64,000 nt of DNA from Octopus vulgaris (taxonomy: Eukaryota). Position 1 is the first letter of the stretch. Every line of letters starts with the position of its first letter. Below, piece after piece: positions 13,816 to 27,682 of this stretch. The stretch is taken from contig OX597822.1 of the NCBI GenBank assembly GCA_951406725.2, positions 89,466,001-89,530,000 on the forward strand. The letters run 5' to 3'. Under the pieces are notes generated by a model. That model did not search any database. It had not been told where the DNA came from and was given only the letters and a program-made list of their open reading frames with translations. The translations under genes and the position numbers were made by a program.

Positions 13816-13935
13816 TAAAGTGATGGTTTGTTGCCAACTTAATGTGGCAGTCCCAGAAAAAGGGAAGAACGCTACTGTAACATTCTTCCCTTTCTTGGGA
13901 CTCTCACATTAAGTTGGCAACAAACCATCACTTTA
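13816..13935. repeat. 120-bp near-perfect palindrome
   Basis: taaagtgatggtttgttgccaacttaatgtg...gggaagaa inverted as ttcttccc...cacattaagttggcaacaaaccatcacttta, with an almost absent loop. Confidence 0.9.
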
Positions 13936-14789
13936 AGATAAAATCGTTTACCACTAATTCTTTTACAGTGACCGATTAGTGTTTATTTGTAGTTCGTCAA
14001 CTCATTCGCTGCAAATGCCAAATTCAGGACCGATTTTTAGAAAACTCTATATTCTCTGCCTCCATTATTCAAGCATATTTATATTCCGATATATATTTCT
14101 TTATTGTTATTATTATTATTATTATTATTATTAAACATTTTAAAAGCTTTCTTGATGTTCTCTATCTCTCACCCTATTAAAATTGAGCCAATGTTATTTT
14201 ATTTTACTTCGAATTGACACAAACTCACCTGAAACAGCCTTTATCAAAGAGTTGACCATTGGAATGTTTTCAATGTCAGCAAATGATAAACGCCATTCCT
14301 TTTTTTCTTTAGTTCAAAGAAAGAGGCAGTGCTCATGACATTCACAGACTATCTTGAAATTTTAGCAAGGGAAGTCACTAATGAAAATGTCAACACTTTA
14401 ATTACCGGACTGAGTAAAATGCTTCTGGTGCAGTAAGTAACAACAACACTTGTGTCCATGTGCGAACAACTTCGTATCCAAAGGTTTCATTCAGATGCGT
14501 AACAAACGAATTCATACTGTGATTACACAATATTCAATAAAATTATCTGGGATTGAAGTAAAAGGTTCTGAACATCTTGCCATGTTCCATGATGACAGTG
14601 AGAAAATAGGAGGAATTCAAACTACAAAAATTACTTTCAGACAGGCATTATGCATAGAATACCATAGCGAGTTGCTGGTAGGAAAGAATATTGAATCTGT
14701 GTGCCAGGCTCTCTCTCTCCCATGTTGAGAGAAGCAGAGGGAAATTCCATTGGAATTTGCTCTTAAGTCGGCAATACTGCTTCTAACGT

Positions 14790-14937
14790 CCTCTTGTATG
14801 TGGTTTGAAGCAAACGGTGATTTTAATGAATAAATTTACTCTTTAGTATTTCAAGATATTTTTATGTAATTTTAGTAAATATATGTTAAAATGAGATGTC
14901 AGTGTTATTTTCATTTTTGCATAATTCAGATGACAGT
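14790..14937 (+). mobile_element. 3' end fragment of the maT-like element seen at 46722-47471
   Basis: gaataaatttactctttagt...aaaatgagatgtcag..ttattttcatttttgc matches 47346-47445. Confidence 0.7.
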
Positions 14938-14960
14938 ATATATATATATATATATATGAT

Positions 14961-15106
14961 GGGCTTCTTTCAGTTTTCATCTACCAAATCCCAAATCCAC
15001 TCACAAGGCTTTGGTCTGCCCAGGATGGCACACAGTGAGACTGAACTGAACCTGGAACCATGTGTTTGGGAAGCAAGCCTCCTTCTACACAGCTACACCT
15101 GCACCT
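14961..15106 (-). mobile_element. SINE 5' part (tRNA-like head)
   Basis: Matches 62483-62642. Confidence 0.7.
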
Positions 15107-15155
15107 ATATACTATATGCATGTTTTGTGAGTGTATACTCAAGTACTCACCCCAA

Positions 15156-15197
<42 letters not shown>

Positions 15198-16097
15198 ATT
15201 TAGCATCCATTTTCCATACTGGCATGGGATGGATGGTTTGACTGAAAACTGGTATGCTGCACTAGGTTCCACTCTGATTCAGTACAGTTTCTACAGCTGG
15301 ATGCCCTTCCTAACACCATATATATATATATATATATATATAAGCACAACACTTATACATTATAATAATGGATTCTTTATTAGATTGAGTATTCCAGGAG
15401 TTTGATAAAGTGAACATACTAAATTATTCTACTCATGTCTACTTTTAAGATAATTCTCAAGCAAAGCCAATACACAACTTCTGTCAACATAATTCCCTAA
15501 CAAATATTCTGTATCAACCTGAGATTTTTTTAAAAGACACTTATTCAAGTGGGGTCGAATCAAGGACCTCATGGTGCCAAAGAGAACTTCTTAACCTTAC
15601 CAATGCCTGTATCATACATCACACACACAAATATATGTAAATCTTTAGAAGGAAATGTTTGACTGTAACTTCAAAGTAGTGGCTCGCCATCTACCAAAAA
15701 CAAAAACACCTTGCTAAAATATTAAAAAATCAGAAAGATCAAAATAAACCAGTCATTCTTATAAAAATTAATATGTACCCTACTAAGAATTATTGTATAA
15801 TCTTTCAGTTTAATGTTATAATTGTTATTTAAAAAAAGACAATATATTTTATACATATGTATACTCAAATATCTAGTCACATACATATAATATATGCAGG
15901 TGTGTGTATATGCATATATATACACACACATATATATTCGTATACATATATACATATAAATGCACACATGTATGTATAAATATATATATTTCGATATACA
16001 TATATAGGTCTTCTTTCAGTTTCCACCTACCAAATTTACTCAAGACTTTGGTTGGTCCTACAACATAGAAGAAGATAATAGGTGGGTAGACAGGCAG

Positions 16098-16486
16098 GCA
16101 GGTACAGGCATAGCTATGTGGGAAGAAGCTTGCTTTTTAACCACATGGTTCTGGGTTCAGTCCCACTGCATGCCACTTTGGAAAAGTGTCTTCTACTATA
16201 TCCTCAGGTTGACCAAAGCCTTGTGAGTGGATTTGGTAGATGGAAACTGAAAGAAGCCTGTCACTATATACATGTACATATTTACGTGTGTGTCTTTGTA
16301 TCTGTCCCCCACTATTACTTGACAGCTGATGTGAAGTGTTTACATTCCCATAGCTTCACTATTCGGCAAAAGAGACCGATAGAATAAGTACTAGGCTTAC
16401 AAAGAATAAGTCCTGGCATCAATTTCTTCAACTAAAAACCCTTTATGGTGGTGCTCCAGTCAAATGATTGAATCAAGTAAAAGAAT
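16098..16486 (+). mobile_element. Full-length tRNA-derived SINE
   Basis: A-box-like tagctatgtgg, B-box ggttcagtccc, body reverse-complementary to 62209-62642, aagtaaaaga tail. Confidence 0.8.
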
Positions 16487-18443
16487 ATATACGAGGTGGG
16501 TATCCAAAAGAAACCAGAATTTTGAAAAATTTTATTCACTTAGATTTGACTAAATTTGTGAATTCTATAGTTTATGGTTGTGTCAGCACAAGTTGTTGCC
16601 AGAGCTTTGACATGTAAAATGACAGGAGAATAATTAAAAAATGAATTAGTTTTATTTAAATTTCAGTTTATTAAGAATATTTATAAAACGTGATGTCAGA
16701 ACCTGATTCAGTTTAGATAAGAAAAGATTGCAAGAATGGTGGTGATATCTTTTATTACAAATATGTCTAATTCATACCAGCAAATAAAATGGACAAACAC
16801 ATTAATAATGATGATAACTGACAAATTATTACCCCCACCCCTATTTTGCATTTATATTATATTAAAGGGTGCATTGATACTTTCAAATTAACATTCAGCT
16901 TAATCATCATGTCATAAGTAAATTGTAAAATTATATACCAATGTAACCAACAACAGAATCATCCTTTGATGGAATAAACATAAATTTAACAGCAGAATAT
17001 ACTTAAGATATCATATGACTATCCCGTTAAAGTATGATGAAATATTTCAACTTTATCATTTGTGTATTTATTTGTTATACAACTAAACAGTGATGTTATC
17101 CCTGATTTGGAGAATGCATTTCCCAACTATTCACCCACATCGAACTACTTTTCCTCTTTCTGGAAATATGTTAGAAAGAATGTATACATTAGTATTTTGA
17201 AATAATTACTTTACTAAACATATTATAGTGATAAATTATCTTACCAATGTAATATGCTGGGATTTTGTTATCACACATTTATTTTCTTTCCTGTGTGAAT
17301 ATATTTCTGGTTATCATTCATGTTATTCTTTGATATGGAACTTCTCTTACCCATCTTAAGGTCTATGTATAAAAGACAACACTGAAACTATTGTATTCAG
17401 TAACTACCTTCACTGCTATTTCCTTTACAGCCAGTCATTTATTCTCTCTACCATCATAATCTTTCTCATATTCATTCACTCATCCTGGCTCTTCCATGGT
17501 CATCAATCTATCTCCTGTGTCATACTGCTTTCTAATCATTGCTCTACTCTCTTGGTTATGTAACCCTGAATGGATGTACATATTACAGAATACAGGGTAC
17601 TCTTATCAATCCTCTTCTCACTAATCATTCATCTCTCTCATTAATGCTTCTACTTATGCCTATCACTTCTGTCTCTAACATGTCTTAGCTTCTTACCTCT
17701 ATTGCTCTCATCTTTTCACACTCACTGTACCTGGCTGTCAGTGAGGGATAGATCTTTGCTCTTCACTACAACCTTCTCCTAGTGTAATGTGGCCTTCACA
17801 TCTCTCCAACACTCTATCTAGCTTTCATCCTAATCACCCTAGCTGCCTTATTCATCTTAAAACCTATCTGTCATTACCCTTCCTATACTTCATCTACTCT
17901 TGGACCATCTGATATAGACATCCATCATTCACTTGTATTATTGGTCATCACTCAAACCCCTTCTAACTGTCTTTCATTCACTCCATTTCTACTATCACAC
18001 TTTTGCACACACATACACCACCTCATCATTCTGAATGAAAGAATACATTTTAGGGGGATAAGTACTCTCATATCTTCAAGGCAGGTGGTAACCATGCTAT
18101 ATTGCTGACACTATAAATCCACCCAGAGTATTCTGTAAAGTAGTTGGTGAACGAGACATGGGGCCGAGAAACCTTTAGAGTTGTCCAGAAATTGATAACC
18201 TCTATCATATTGGAGCCTCAAAAAAAGCATCAAGAACATTTTATAATATGGTTGGTATTAAGAAGAGCATCTACCCATAGAAATCTAGCCAAAAATGAAT
18301 CATACAAGCAAAATGCAATTCTCCAATCCATCTAGGTGAGCAGTGTCCATCCAGTCCATGCCAGCACAGAAGGCAGAAGTCAAACAGTGATGATGAGGAT
18401 AATCAGATTTCTTTCATGAATTGAATTTTGACATTGATATTTA

Positions 18444-19556
18444 CTAATTTTTATTAATACAGACATGTGTAGATAAGTGACTATTTTGACAGAATGATTT
18501 ATCACAGACATTACAATGATATGGTTTCTCTCCTGTATGAATACGCCTATGAGTAGTTAAGTGGCCATTTTCAGAGAATGATTTATCACAGATATCACAA
18601 CGATATGGCTTCTCTCCTGTATGAATACGTTTGTGCTTGGTCAATACACCATTTTCAGAGAATGATTTACCACAGATATTGCAATGGAAAGGCTTCTCTC
18701 CTGTGTGAATACGTTTGTGTTTAGTTAACACACCATTTTCAGAGAAGGATTTACCACAGATATTACAGTGATATGGTTTCTCTCCAGTATGAATACGTTT
18801 GTGAGTAGTTAAGTGATGATTTCGAGAGAATGCTTTACCACAGATATCACAGTTATAGGGCTTCTCTCCTGTATGAATACGTTTGTGATTAGTTAAATGA
18901 TGATTCTGAGAGAATGATTTGCCACAGATATCACAGCTATATGGTTTCTCTCCTGTATGAATGTGCTTGTGTATAGTTAAGACACTACTTCCAGAGAATG
19001 ATTTACCACAAATATCACAGTGAAATGGTTTTGCTCCTGTATGACTGTGTACGTGTTTAGTTAAGTCACCACTTCCAGAGAATGACTTACCACAGATATT
19101 GCAATGATATGGCTTCTCGCCTGTATGAACACGTACATGTTTAATTAAGTGATCATTTACAGAGAACGATTTACCACAGATATCACAGTGATATGGCTTC
19201 TCACCTGTGTGAATGCGTTTGTGAGCAATTAATTGGTTTGTTTGAGTAAATGTTTTACCACAGATATTACAGTGAAATGGCTTTTCTCCTGTATGAATAC
19301 GTTTGTGAATAGTAAGGTTACTGCTTTGAGAGAATGATTTACCACAGATATCACAATGATATGGTTTTTCGCCTGTATGAACATGTTTGTGAGTAGTTAA
19401 GTGACTATTTTCAGAGAATGATACACCACAAATATCACAGTGATAAGGTTTTTCTCCTGTATGAATGCGTTTATGAATAGTAAGTTGACCTTTTTTAGAG
19501 AATGTCTTTTTACAGATACCACAGGTGAATGCTGATTTGCTTATCGCTTTTGGCAT
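18444..19556 (-). CDS. C2H2 zinc-finger protein (ZNF-D), about 370 aa, 12 complete fingers plus one degenerate
   Basis: ORF track 18444-19565 begins at TTG; the first ATG is 19556 (MPKAISK). The ancestral ATG at 19605 now opens only MEKFM*. Confidence 0.93.
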   Translation of the reverse strand: MPKAISKSAFTCGICKKTFSKKGQLTIHKRIHTGEKPYHCDICGVSFSENSHLTTHKHVHTGEKPYHCDICGKSFSQSSNLTIHKRIHTGEKPFHCNICGKTFTQTNQLIAHKRIHTGEKPYHCDICGKSFSVNDHLIKHVRVHTGEKPYHCNICGKSFSGSGDLTKHVHSHTGAKPFHCDICGKSFSGSSVLTIHKHIHTGEKPYSCDICGKSFSQNHHLTNHKRIHTGEKPYNCDICGKAFSRNHHLTTHKRIHTGEKPYHCNICGKSFSENGVLTKHKRIHTGEKPFHCNICGKSFSENGVLTKHKRIHTGEKPYRCDICDKSFSENGHLTTHRRIHTGEKPYHCNVCDKSFCQNSHLSTHVCINKN

Positions 19557-19967
19557 ATCTTGCAATTAAAGCAATCCTTTAAGTTTCTCACATAAATTTT
19601 TCCATGATTTTTATTCTCGCACCACAATATTTGGATGTTTTCCTTGTTTTCTTTTTTTTTAAATATTCCTATACTGCTATATTTCCATTAACTGTGACTA
19701 TTATTGATATTTAAAGCAGGTTAAACTTCTTCGCAAATTTGTCTGAGGTTAATTAGAATGCAAAATCATCTTGTATATATTCCAGTTAATGAGGAGGAGA
19801 AATATCACTAATAATCTCACTCAGAAGAAAAATTTCACAGTGATTCTACTGCAGATTTATATTAATAAGGTTATATCTGTTCTCTATCAAATCTTCTTTC
19901 AAAGATAATAAATATTGATAATATATCTGAAGTAAAATATTCCTTTATGCCAATGTCATCTGATATT

Positions 19968-22900
19968 CTGAAATAATAAAGAAACAGTATAAAATATAAA
20001 GAATACTTAGAGGACAAACAGTGGAAATTTTAATATATTTCAATATTGATCAACTGTAAATATTAAACATTACTCAAGCAAATGAACTTTACCTTTTAAT
20101 ATGTTATTAAAATTACATCATACAATCTTATGTGAAGTCTACATATTTGCAGACTACAGTTACACCTTCAGATTATGTGTTAAAATATTGATTAACATTC
20201 TATCACCAGACTATGATGTAAGGCATTTCAGCTTTAACTTTCCCACCTTCATTGCTGCATTGTATATCCAGGACTACATTACCCAATATAGTCCTCAAAT
20301 TTCAAAACTGAAAGATTCAAATTTAGGTAAATATAGCCACAATTTCTAGTAGAACATGTAATCACTTACAGGTGCCTGCTGTGGCCTGTTATTGCTTAAG
20401 CTTAGGTCCTCCCTGACTAAGCCTGTTTAAAAGCAGGTTCTTTTCCATAAAGTTGTGTATTTTGTGACAGATCATTTTTATAGGTAGTTCAGAGCTGCAG
20501 AAGTCAATGTGCAACAATTAGAAAAACTTTCAAACATGAAAATCCTTGAACATTGGAGCCTCATACTTTTATAATCAGGGGGTTGAAAAGAAGAAAAATT
20601 CTACTGGTCTCAAGTAGACAGTATATGGGACAATCATAAAAGTTTTCTTAGACTGTATTTTGCCCCCAAGCTTGAAGATAATTTAATAAAACTAGTAAAA
20701 TGTCAGAAATAATATGAATCAGTGAAAACCAAAATGAATCAAAAGTGATTTGCTAGCCTAATATCTAGTATCTCATCTCATAAATTCTTAGTGTGCAAAG
20801 TACCTTTTGAAACTTTTTCAACTGTTCACTTTTCCAACCAAGAGATCAACATACTGACTTTATTTAAATGAATGCTCATTTGGAAGAATACCAATGTGTT
20901 GCAGTTTAATGAAGAAAAGTTAGTAGCCATTGCCTTGATATAAGTAAAGACATTGCATTTTCTGTAGTTCTGAACATAAATAGAATCTGGCAGTCACACA
21001 TTAATTTCATCATCATCATCATTTTAACATCTGCTGTCCATGCTAGCATGGGTTGGATTATATGACTGAGGACTGGCGAAGCAGATGACATATCCATGAG
21101 CCTTGTATCTGGAAATCATTCATCAAGATTGCTACTGCAAGATAATGCAAATTCTATTTCAATTGAAAATATCCACCAGGGTCATACTATGTGTTTCAGT
21201 ATGATACTGATTGGTACTTTGGAGTGACAAATTATGTTTTAGTTGAACACTCTGATGTTAATGTAAAGTTCCTTCATCCCAAAGTCAGTCAGTTTTTCTG
21301 GCCAAGAAATGATATCTGTTGGATTTCAACACTGGACATAATTGTAAATGTGGATCCCCCATCTTTTGGAAGCACTAGCAGTTGTTATCATTTTTCATGT
21401 GATGATATACAAAGTTTGATGTGATATGTATTAAGCTACCAAATAGCTTTTGATTCATTTTGTTTTCCACAGTTTCATGTTATTTCAGACATTTTTACTG
21501 GTTTTATTAATTTTTCTTCAGATGTGGAGGCAAAATACAGCCCAAGAAAACTTTTGATTGTCCCATCAGCTATCAATATAGGACTAGTAGAATTTTTCTT
21601 CTTTTCGACCTCCTGTATCTACAAAGGTATTATAAAAGTATGAGACTCCATTTGCCAATAAAGAGGTCAATGTCCAAGAATTTTCACATTTGGAACTTTT
21701 TCCAATTGTTGCATATTGATTTCCGTGACTCTGAACTATCCCACAAAATGGAAATTTCCATTTTGAGCTATTTTAAGGGGATGAAAATTGATATTTAGAT
21801 TGGTTTTAAATGCTGTAGATTTACATTTCTATACTTACCATCAGGTGTATTTTCTGAATATATATAATTTTATATAGTTTCAACTTAGTGATAAGAAGTT
21901 ATTCTGGTTAAAATACTGTAAAAAACACCAAATTTTTCACTTTGTTCTGTTCTTGATCCCCCATCCCCACCATTGCACAAAAAAAAAACAGGCTTTTCAG
22001 TTAGTGAATTCATATGTTCTGATAAGATTTCAGACCTTATTGTAAGATTAGGGAAGATGGAATGCTCACCAACTGTTGTTAAGCAATAGCTGCCTAAACT
22101 TAAGATTTCTTTTTTTTAAATAGCCCCCAAGACGTGGATTTTTGTAATTTTCAGTTGGTATTTTTTTCTACATTGGCTGAGTTAAAAGAATTGATCTTTA
22201 GTGTCAATCTGAGGGACTTGAGATAGTGTGGATTAAAGAAACATACTTTTCAAAGTATCGTATCAAACCTATTTGGAATGATGGGCCTCTAAAAATAAAA
22301 GAAATTTAATATTTCGAAATTTTAGGAAAGTGCCTAAAATTTAAATGACCATAAAATGTGATTGGTAACATCTATAGAGCTAAAATTTTCAGGAATTACT
22401 CCTCTCACATAGACTAAAAAAATGACGTAAATTTGAAGAAAATCTTAAGAACCTTCGCGATGGACCTTTGATGAATTTAACTGGAACGAGCCTTTAATAT
22501 AATTACCGTAATTACTAGATACCAGTGGAAACACACGACAATGGGATTAGATTTCCTAATGTTATTATGTGCTTTCCACTTGTGTATAGTTATTGTATTC
22601 TCAAACATTCACTTGATTCTAAAATTAAACCTTGAAGTTTTGGCGCTTTTCGTTATTACTCTACATTTGAAATTTAAACAAAATGAATGAAAAAATATGA
22701 ATTCGTACGAATACATATACAATATCTCAAATTTTTTTCTTTTCTTTCTTATTTCAATTTACTGTTTTCAAAGAATGTTTTCTTATTGTCTGACAGACAT
22801 TTCTTTTTAAATGTATCACTGACACTGCCACCCGAATGATGTTGCCTTAATTTACTCGTTTCATGACCACATGAATGATACAATCGACTGGAAAATAACA

Positions 22901-23063
22901 ATACGATTTCCTTCAAAAACTTTGTAATAGTGTCTTTGTTTATAATTTTCAAATGAATTTTCGAGAATTATAATTAATTTGAAATGATAATCAAGGGCCA
23001 ATGCAGAAATTACATGCAACGTAGGTTAACAATGAAGAAACGTCTAAATCTTTGTCAGCTTAC
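19968..23063 (-). other. Putative 5'UTR intron of ZNF-D
   Basis: Donor GAAAACG|GTAAGCT at 23063 and acceptor TTCTTTATTATTTCAG| at 19968; paralogous to ZNF-A. Confidence 0.6.
20472..21750. mobile_element. Long-TIR DNA transposon remnant (about 290-bp arms) with decayed coding core
   Basis: 20472-20765 is inverted at 21428-21750. The core peptide YDTDWYFG...DVNVKFLHPK..FFWPRNDICWI resembles C-termini of Sola-like transposases (family call is tentative, from memory). Confidence 0.65.
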
Positions 23064-23290
23064 CGTTTTCATGTGTAGACAGTCATTCGATGTGTTCTAC
23101 CTTTTCACCAAACTACAAAAGAAACGATCTCATTCTTAATTTTGTCTCCAGGTGTGCTTTCAGTTTCATTCTACAATATCAATATTCAAGTAGCCGCTAA
23201 CACTTGTAGCCATAAATTCGTATCTTGTCACACTGAAGCACTGAAAATGATTTTATGTCTTTAGCCGCAGATTCGATATGAAATGTCTGC
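23064..23290 (-). promoter_or_regulatory. Putative non-coding first exon and promoter of ZNF-D
   Basis: Lies upstream of the donor; contains tgtctttagccgcagattcg (23256-23275), shared with the ZNF-A upstream region. Confidence 0.45.
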
Positions 23291-23539
23291 GTGTCTTATA
23301 TTAGGATGTTGCGATTATTACTTGTCATTCATTCAAGCATACGTACATATATATATATATTAATTGATTTGTGTGTGTTTGGTTGAGTCAACCTCTTGCT
23401 ATTCCGAGTTTCACCTGTGGGAACACAGAGTTTTCAGGCAAGTTAAGAACTGCATGATGTTGTAACTCCCAAAAGACAGATGAAACTCTGAGTAGCAAGA
23501 GACTTATGCAATTAAAATAAAATAAATGTTATGAATCTC

Positions 23540-23715
23540 GGATCTTGTCCTTTTGATGGACAACTTGATTAATTAATTTTCTTTAACTAAACACTTTGAA
23601 ACTTCGGATACTGGTAGAATGTGTCATATAGAACATCTTTTACTCTTAGTGTTGTTGAGAAAAGTTTCTATTTTCGAAGTTATCCAAAGTTTCAAAGTGT
23701 TTAAAAATAAATCCG
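23540..23715. mobile_element. Left half of the MITE family seen at 5397
   Basis: ggatcttgtccttttg...aactaaacactttgaaacttcggatactggtagaatgtgtca matches 5398-5530; abuts the truncated LINE. Confidence 0.7.
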
Positions 23716-26394
23716 AGACCCGTATGCCACTCACTCAACCTTGATCTACGAAAGCACCAGGCTTCCCGTCCACCGAAACTAGCGAACGAGGGAAACATCC
23801 GTTTCCCCAGCGGAGACCACACCCGTTCACCATCCAGAAGATTCCAGAGATGCCTCAACTTCAGCGCGTATTTGCGCATCATTAGCCAAGGCATACCTAG
23901 TCCTCCCTTTAACGGTCTTTGGCAGCAAGTAGAGCGTCTTACAAGTGGCTTCGAGCCCTTCCACAAAAAGCGAAAGGGCCGTCTTTTCAACTTGATCAAC
24001 CACGAATCCGAGCAAGGAACGACGGTTAGGCGGTAGGTAATAACCGATGCGATAAACACATTGGACATCTCCGCCCTCCCTTTCAGAGATAGCCACCGCC
24101 AAGACCAGGTCTTGAGTATGTGCGCTACCCTGCTTGACACCTCAGCCCAGTTCTTCTCTACCTGGAGATCTGGACCAAACCAAACCCCTAGCAACTTAAC
24201 CGGTCCCTCCGTCCAAGTCCTACGACGCCGTTTGAAGGCATCGACTTGCCCCTTCAGGTGCCGAGTTACAAGCCGACAGAATTTTCCCGGTTAATTTTTG
24301 CTCCTTCCACAGTCTCGTAAACCTCCATGGCTTTGCTTATCTCCTGTAGGTGTTCAGTTTTGGTCACGCTGATGGTGATGTCATCCGCATAAGCTGAAAC
24401 CGACTCTCCACATCCTGGTTCTCTCGGGATGCTACTCAACTTTCGCAGTAACGGCTCAAGGGCCATCACATACAAAAGCGGTGAGAGCGGACAACCTTGG
24501 TGAAATGAGCGTTTGATACAGAACGGCTTTGGTAAAAAAAACGTTCACTCGAACGATCGAATCAAAGTTATCATACAATTGTATTATCCACCTAAGGAAG
24601 CCAAGACCCAAGCCGAACTGTGCAAGAACAGACACCAGGTACCACATCGAAAGCTTTAGATTGGTATAAATGTACCAATATCCGATCTTTATCAGTTTTG
24701 CTCCCAAACCCCTCTATGGTGTAGCGGAGAATATGGAGTTTATCCTGCATGGTTCTGCCGGGAATGGCATATGTCTGTACCTCCCCGATCAGACCATCCG
24801 TGACACGCACCAATCTTTTTGCTATCACCTTGGCCAAAATATTCACTTCTGTGTTTAGTAGAGTGATGAACCGGAAATTATCTATGTGATCTCCTTTGTC
24901 CGGGTCCTTTCTGTTCAATGTCACTAGTCCCCGGTGTACAGATCTGGGAATCAACCCATTCTGTTGCCAGTTCGTGTACACACTGGCCAGGAGGTGCCCG
25001 AACAAGTCTGGCATACACTCATATAGCTTGTAGGGTAGACCATCCAGACCCGGTGACTTACCTACACCACAGTCCGCTATAGCCTCAGTCACCTCTCCAG
25101 GCGTGATTGGCCCCTCACAAGACTCCGCATCCCGTTCGGAGAGGCGGGGCAGCCTGGCAAGGAAGTCCGCAAAGTCCCTCCTACCATCCGGTCCATCGCT
25201 CCCCCCGAAAAGCTGGGCGAAGTGCTCCTGAAAGGCCTCGCACATTTCCTCGGGTTCGTTTATCAATACACTTTAATGATTTACCAAAGATCGAATTGAG
25301 GAATCATTTCAACGTTGAGCCTCCACCACTCGGGCCCATCCAGCAGCCTTCATTCCTTCGCAACCCATTGCACGTAGTCTAGTTCTGACAATGCATCCCA
25401 CGTGTTGGGTTTCGAGGTGCTGGTTTAATTCCAGTCTCTTCACTCTCACCTGGTCCGCATTGCCAATCCTCATGACTTCCTCTAAGTTCTTAACTAGACT
25501 CTTTTCTTTCTTACATTCTTTATCTACTAGACCTATGCTATATCTAATAGACTCATATTTATGGCTCATTTTAGGGCGTACCACCATTTGTTATTAATGA
25601 TGGCACCTGTTAATGCCCTTCGAATTATCATCTTAATCCGCTTTCTGTACTCCACAATCGCCAAAAGGGACGTATTGAGTTTTCAGAAGTCAGATCCCTT
25701 TCTATGTACCTTATCTAAGTTCAGTGTACAGTGACCATCTTATGGTCACTGTAGCTGACTGGATAAAACTGTGGACACTTAACTATACTTTTGTCTATTT
25801 TTCTAATTAGAATCCTATCTATATACGAGCTGGACGACACATCGCTGCTCGACCATGTCCACAATGGAAATTCAGGGTGTTCCAGCTTATATGGATCTGC
25901 TAGCCGAAAACTACTTAGCAGATTCCGGAAGCCAAGATTACTTGTTCTATTCGATGTCGAGCCAACACAATCCACGCGTGCATCGCAGATTGTGTTAAAC
26001 TCTCCTAGCAAAACTAAAGAATGTGACGTGACTAGAAACTTCTCTAGGTCACTTTTTTTTACCAGTATTGTTGGGTGCATAAATAGCAACCAGCCTGATC
26101 GTCTTACCACCAGTGAATGTCAAGTCCAAAACGACTAGCCTACCTTTTGGATAAGAAAAAATCAACCTTTTCTTTGAAAGCCGGTTCCTTTTCAATAGGA
26201 CCAACAGCCCGGCACGGAAAAACGTCTTTCTCGTAGCTGTCCAGCAGAGGGAGCAGATCTCTTGGTCCATTCAACCGGGTTTCTGTAGCAACAATTACAT
26301 CCAAATCCGACAACCTGATGTCATTTAGGAAGCGCTCCTGCTTCCAGCTCGACATCAGGCCCCGTACATTTACACAACCGATACGAATAGCCAT
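23716..26394 (-). pseudogene. LINE ORF2 (APE endonuclease + reverse transcriptase), frameshifted
   Basis: MAIRIGCVNVRGL, VATETRL, SYIDRIL, SDH (APE); KSPGLDGLPY, QGCPLSP, YADD, LGVWFG, LSLKGR (RT and thumb). Confidence 0.9.
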
Positions 26395-26517
26395 AATGTC
26401 CTATTTAATCATTATGTGGTATCAGGTGGAGAGAAAATCTCCACCACTTCTTTTTTTTCCCCGCTCGCAGGATCGGAGCCGGTAGGTCGTTATAAATGGA
26501 AGGATGAAAGTCTTTTC

Positions 26518-27682
26518 TCATTGTCCTGTTTTCCTGAATTTAATCTTCAGGATTTTATGACTTTTTAAATCTATATCGTAGATTTCGTAATTTTTATACT
26601 TGTCTGAGTGTTCATCTACCCTTTTCACTGTCTTTTTCAAATTTAATTCTCTCATCAACTCTTTGTCCTCTGTATTAAATGTTGCAAAACATTTCTCTTC
26701 ATTCTTTCCCTTAGTTGTCTTCTTCAGCCTGTTGTCTGCAGGCACCGTTTTAGCTGTCTGGAGTATTTTCCTTTTACTTCCTATCTAGTTTTCTTTCTTC
26801 TCCTCCCCTTCTTCCTCTTCCTTTTCATCTCCTTCTTTACATTCTGAGGGGATATGTCCTAGCTGACCGCACTGGAAGCACCTTGGTTTTCGTCCCTCCA
26901 CAAACACTATGAGGGTCTCCTCTGGTATTTCTTCGAGAGCTTGCGGTTCTGCCTGTACGACCATATTAATTGTTTGGCCGTGCCAATTCATTTTATCTGT
27001 GACTGTCGCCTGGATGAGTGTTATTTTCTCTTCCAGGTTCATGGTTATGGCTGCTTTCAGTCACATGGGGGTCCACCTCCGGTGGAATTTTCCCTATTCG
27101 AAATCTTGATGTTCTCCTTTCCATATATATGGGTATGAGTGTCACGTCGTCCGTCTTTATAGTTTCAACTGAATGGTATTGCGCCTTTTCTTCGCTTACT
27201 ATTCTCATTTCTATTGTGCCAAACTTTTTGTCGCGAGTTACGTATTCAATATCGGACCATATTTGCTGTAAACCTTTTCCCACCGTTTCTTCAGCCATTC
27301 TGTCCATTTTTCTGCTTTTAAGATTGTACGTTTTGTATAATATTGTTTTTCTTGTTTCCGCTTCTAACACTCCCTGTGGAGGTTCTACTTTCACCGTGGT
27401 TCCTTCTTTTTTTGTAACATATTTGTGTACTTTTTAAATTCTTATTTTTCTGTATTGAGTTGCCGGGTTCGATTCTCAGCTGTTGTTGCAAAACTTTTTT
27501 CTCTTCTTTTTGTAAACTTTTCGCTGCTATATTTCTTGTTGATAGAATGCTATTTTTGGGTGTCTCATTCTGGAGACTTGGAAAATATTGTGGCATTATT
27601 GGTGGGGTGTCATTGGTGTCGTTGGTGAGCTTTCTGTTGGACTCGTTTCCGACGTACTATTGTCTGCGTTGCCGCACAACAT
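26518..27682 (-). pseudogene. LINE ORF1 (gag-like with CCHC zinc knuckle), frameshifted
   Basis: VEGRKPRCFQCGQLGHIPSEC = C-x2-C-x4-H-x4-C; ORF-track pieces 27318-27596, 26993-27394, 26785-27042, 26518-26745. Confidence 0.8.
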
